From Macrostomum hystrix (taxonomy: Eukaryota > Animalia > Platyhelminthes), in NCBI GenBank assembly GCA_950097015.1, contig CATNEN010000003.1:6200001-6264000 (forward strand): a stretch of 64,000 nt of DNA. Direction: 5' to 3'. A program made the translations under genes and the position numbers. Shown here piece after piece: positions 61,401 to 64,000 of the stretch. The first letter of the stretch is position 1. Each line of letters starts with the position of its first letter. The notes beneath the pieces were generated by a model, which was not told the origin of the DNA, did no database searches, and was given only the letters and a program-made list of their open reading frames with translations.

Positions 61401-64000
61401 TTAATTCTAAGTCGGTATTAAATGACACCAAAATTAGTACCCAGTGCTACTCACATCGTGCGGGCACTCTTCAGGAGGAGGCATGACAACCATGGAATCC
61501 GCAAGCTCTTTGTAAATTCCAGACTGGGCCATAGTCAGCAGGGTGTACACGTTGGTGTCGCCAGGAATGTAAGGCTTTACGGTACTCTGAGAAACCAGGT
61601 CTGACAGAGTTTTTATGGGATGCTCCGTGACGGTAACCGTGAGGTGAGCAGTTAAGTCACCTAAAATGAAGAATCAAAAGCTTTTAGCTTTCTCAGACGC
61701 ACACAATTTAAGCCAATATTTGTACCCGTAATAATGATAATTGCAGGAGGGCTGCGGGCAATGGCACATCATTTGGTAACACTAGACCCGCAGCCAGCGA
61801 GCAGGCAATACTAACCATTTCACTGACTCCTGGGCAAACACGCATACAGATACTGTACGCAGGCACACGCTCACACTGGTGTGTACATCTGCCCTGACTT
61901 TCTCATCGTCAGGCAGTGTGTACTCTCACTGTGCCTTAAGAGTTTTCCCTCAAGGGTGAAAATTGCACGACAAGCCCCCAAGCCCCCAAGCCTTATCTCC
62001 GCGGCTGCGCCCCAAATGAATAAGGCCTCGCCGCAGAATCGAGCTCAGGGACCTCGGTGCGAGAGGTGCTCTGCCACTTGACCCCTTTTGTACCCGTAAA
62101 AGCTCCGAATATGACGACGGTAAACATCCACCAGAATGCCATGACAGTCCGGGGCGACATTGCGAATGGATAAAAGTCCTGGCCCTGCTGCAAGAAGCTG
62201 CCAATGATACTCCAGATGTACTCTTGAAGCCAGATCTCGTCCGCTACAGCGTACTCAAGGCGTAGATTGTAAGCTGAGAAGGGAGAGTATCTAGCCAGAA
62301 TCCACATGAACAATGAGCCGAAGGCAACCGTACCAAGCAGTAGGAACCAGACTGAGGGGCTGAGCGGCGTGAACACATTCCAGATCTTCGTGTCTCGCGG
62401 AGGCTTCGGTACTAGAACAGCGGTTGATTGGTCAAACAGTGGCGTCGAGAAATCAACAACTGAATCACGAATGGATGTCTTCGTAAAAGGACCGCAGCCT
62501 AGATCTGAAATCTAAAGGCGATTTTATTAATACAAAATAAGGTATCAAGCAAAAACAATATTTTTGCTGTTCCTCAGAATTCAAGTTTACCAACCCCTCT
62601 CTGGACCTCTCCGACACATCCGGAAAAATAAGGCTTGCCAGGTTGTGGAGCTCCCCAGTTTCCATCGTCGGGAGCTTTTGTTACGAAACTGAAGCGGTGG
62701 TCGGCAACACGCATAATTAAATTCTTGAAACATTTAGTAAAAACAGAGAAACAAAAAAGACATCTCTCGTCATCCCAAAACCCACCGAAAGTCCATTTTT
62801 GCGGCAACGATTTCCAAAATGTCACGAGTCATGCCGTGAATGATGACGGTTTTGTTTGGAAATTGTGCTACATAGTCAGTCATTGGAGATGTCTGTAAAA
62901 AATGCGACAAAATAAAATACGAGCACGATCTAGTAAATATTTAAAAAATCCCTACTGGGGGAGCGCAGACAATGAGTGTCTCGTTCTTGAAGCCCATGAA
63001 GGTGTTGGGAAAGGCCAGGCTCACTCCCTTGTAGCGAAACTGCTTGCTCAGAGAGCCGCTCGACACATCGAACTCAGCGGACTTCAGCATCGAGATCGGA
63101 GACCATCGCAGCTCATTGTAGGACGCGACCACTTCGACACCTTGTGAGCTCAAGTGTCTGCTTGAGCTGTTGTACGAGATGAGGCCACGCTGAGTGTCAT
63201 AGTTGCTCATCTGCAGCATCGAGTGGGTTCATGGCAGGTGAGTGAGTAAGTGAGTGAGTGCAGCGACTCACTGGACTCTGACATCATGTCTAAATGTGAG
63301 CAGCTCACGCTGAGCAGTTTGCTGAGCACAGTCGATCCCGATGTCCAGTGCTGCAGCGGAAAGCACGAGGCGTTGCTCGGAGAGAATCCCGGATCCATCA
63401 GCGAGTCGTTCAGCGCCTTGGCCACGGCTTCCACCGCATCCACGAACCGAGCGTCCAGACTCTGCTCAATGTGGTGCGGTGCGGTGCGGTGCGGTGATTG
63501 AGCTGTGACTCACTCACTCACGCTGATGACAGACGTGAGCAAGGCAGCACTGCAGTGTGACAGTCTCACCCGAATTGAGTCCAGCTGGCACTGAGGAAAC
63601 ACATCCATCACTGCTGCTGTGCAGTGAGTGAACACGCTGCCTCTCAGCAAAGCAACGTTCGCGTTCGCTGGCGTCACGCTGAGCACATCCGCCTTGGACA
63701 GTCCAGTGTCGAGAATGAGCCAGAAGTAGTTCTGCTGCATGACTGCAGCTTCACTGGCCAGCCTCAGGACTGAGAGCGCATTGCGAGGACTGGCCAGCAG
63801 CAGCAGCTTGAACAGTCTCTTCTTCACCAGACGCTTGAGGTGCTGCACCAGGCTCGGAGTGACAGAGGCGTTGGCAGTGTTGTCCACTTGGAATGTGAGA
63901 CTGCTCACTCCGGCAGCGGTGAGGCCGCTCTGCAGGCTCTGCACAACGGTGCTGCCTGCAGGCATTGGTGTGTTTGAATCGTCACAACTTGTACATCAGG
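52477..64000 (-). CDS. Ionotropic glutamate receptor-family subunit (divergent, with ATD), 5' end beyond window
   Basis: Exons >63965-63570, 63461-63309, 63210-62956, 62892-62786, 62688-62591, 62504-62094, 61660-61455, 60986-60823 and 52729-52477; phases consistent. Motifs DGNWG, FTKTSIRDSVVDFSTP, PLSPSVW, GSFLQQG, FWWMFTVVIFGAFTGDLTAHLTV, LQKMHESGLMQRLFNHYW, M4 GVGGCFIV. Confidence 0.9.
54641..57973 (+). CDS. 1110-aa zinc finger - tyrosine recombinase - PWWP fusion protein
   Basis: Catalytic set R719 (CHRADAV), K752 (NHKT), R823-x-x-R826-H (RTFRH), H851 (MLH), Y860; helical core-binding-like region (LDDFQDFLQTVAGGK...); three Zn-finger-like motifs; PWWP GDIVWAKFKTYPWWPAMI...YVQFF...SW; uninterrupted 3.3-kb ORF. 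Confidence 0.88.
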   Translation: MAASNKKSKISPKKKPPDNRSLLVEENLSVNDMLSLLYDGMQHTDGSPISACSASAASLDTMISSAAPTMAIDKAADSAAISACSASAASLDTMISSAAPTMAVDKAADSAAISACSASAASLDTMISSAAPTMAVDKAADSAAISACSASAASLDTMISSAAPTMAVEKAADSAAISACSASAASLDTMISSAAPIMAVDKAADSAAISACSASAASLDTMISSAAPTMAVDKAADSAAISACSASAASLDTMISSAAPTMAVDKAADSPACSGVSASERLITTTSGSSRNSSHRRLLFPPVDLDASDNDEDVCCIEDTEDKRASSEAFKDLSNSSSLKSPSDKRRGISYVCHLDNTHLIVGSRISEHFNRHHLAEILVADSFESIKVALFTFNETKFGPVPKKRKKDLKSSSRQGKDFICHLDNSHKIRSSRFSEHFKRFHSKDLEGMSIKKLIEATKQHTFSKVANESNKNQQCPLCNVPIFSSLTSHLEHWHKLSKDEALSAEKEKKAKNVEEAVRHSWAQKNDGSEKQKTTPTEPSLDDFQDFLQTVAGGKLALSTSLASRRAIAAILAVLGSSNLMDIIAEKNRATVTDFLTHKSSTTSDGTKSYVEGLKRFGVYLKSTFSSLIKQMKAMNELDSFLYTCNNYGRSRLQDKKEAEAARRRKLDKNCLSTEDLQVVSKMLDELRKSLFDEPVGSEVSVLFIGLHFVFGKGNCHRADAVSNAKIVEFTTWKHDLQDDPEAMFEVENHKTKKQGAVMVSVMEIRDILIAYGDYRMQSGGAPDDYLFDYGYNIKDHSFSTFLRNCKKKYSILSQLNRVNVRTFRHFFATKCREGLPEKEQILLNKRMLHTKEVALQSYMATTSTMAKAGRIITEKLYDDTHSTEEKQREGGVLQSSSGVIQSPPDVMQGPPGVMQSPRGVMQSSPGVMQSSPGVMQSSPGVMQSPPGVMQSSPGVMQSPRGVMQSSPEVMQSSPGKKRKGPEEMQSDEEAKKKNKAKTIQIASNNMVEGDIVWAKFKTYPWWPAMIANDATLGQHLRQTKAGQTQIYVQFFEKPPTASWLSAKNIKMFDVNQLESLRPSASGDLLDGINTACEAVVLNNSERLEKYLI
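54785..55450 (+). repeat. Coding 96-bp (32-aa) tandem repeat, 7 copies
   Basis: Units start at 54785, 54881 ... 55361. Confidence 0.95.
57316..57570 (+). repeat. Coding 21-bp heptad repeat (GVMQSSP), 12 copies
   Basis: Translation of the YR-PWWP linker. Confidence 0.93.
58088..58573. repeat. 115-bp tandem array 1 (~4 units)
   Basis: GATGGGG anchors at 58209, 58324, 58439 and 58554 (GATTGGG variant at 58094). Confidence 0.95.
59020..59766. repeat. 115-bp tandem array 2 (~6.5 units)
   Basis: Anchors at 59101, 59216, 59331, 59446, 59561, 59676, then a shortened unit at 59748. Confidence 0.95.
60602..60805 (-). mobile_element. Internally deleted MITE-like family A copy
   Basis: Reverse complement matches both 48700-48752 and 49128-49272 (GGTCATTCGGTT..GCTAT.GTGAA.TA.G.AGTGG.TATTT.AAATA). 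Confidence 0.7.
61732..62086 (-). mobile_element. SINE family B copy inserted at an iGluR exon/intron junction
   Basis: 13-bp TSD TTTGTACCCGTAA (61719-61731 / 62087-62099). Confidence 0.88.

Overview
Eukaryotic, spliceosomal-intron-containing invertebrate DNA; the dense intronic minisatellites and gene types suggest a flatworm such as Macrostomum (inference only). Six host genes were assembled by hand from GT-AG exon chains: a MATH-domain protein (-, runs off the left edge), an EGF/TSP1 type I membrane protein (-), a C-type lectin + CCP/sushi membrane protein (-), an F-type lectin/PAN-like gene (+), a class B1 PDF-receptor-like GPCR (+) and a divergent ionotropic glutamate receptor (-, runs off the right edge). 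Introns and intergenic DNA hold many tandem arrays, two tRNA-derived SINE families and several non-autonomous DNA elements. The standout is a ~7.5 kb element inside the last iGluR intron, antisense to the host. Its intact 1110-aa ORF joins zinc fingers, a tyrosine recombinase (R-K-RxxR-H-Y) and a C-terminal MSH6/NSD-type PWWP reader. It is followed by two 115-bp arrays rich in AATCTGAC motifs and bounded by imperfect inverted motifs around a shared AGCTA. It is a candidate chromatin-targeted Crypton-like transposon. All alignments were made by eye; no searches were run.
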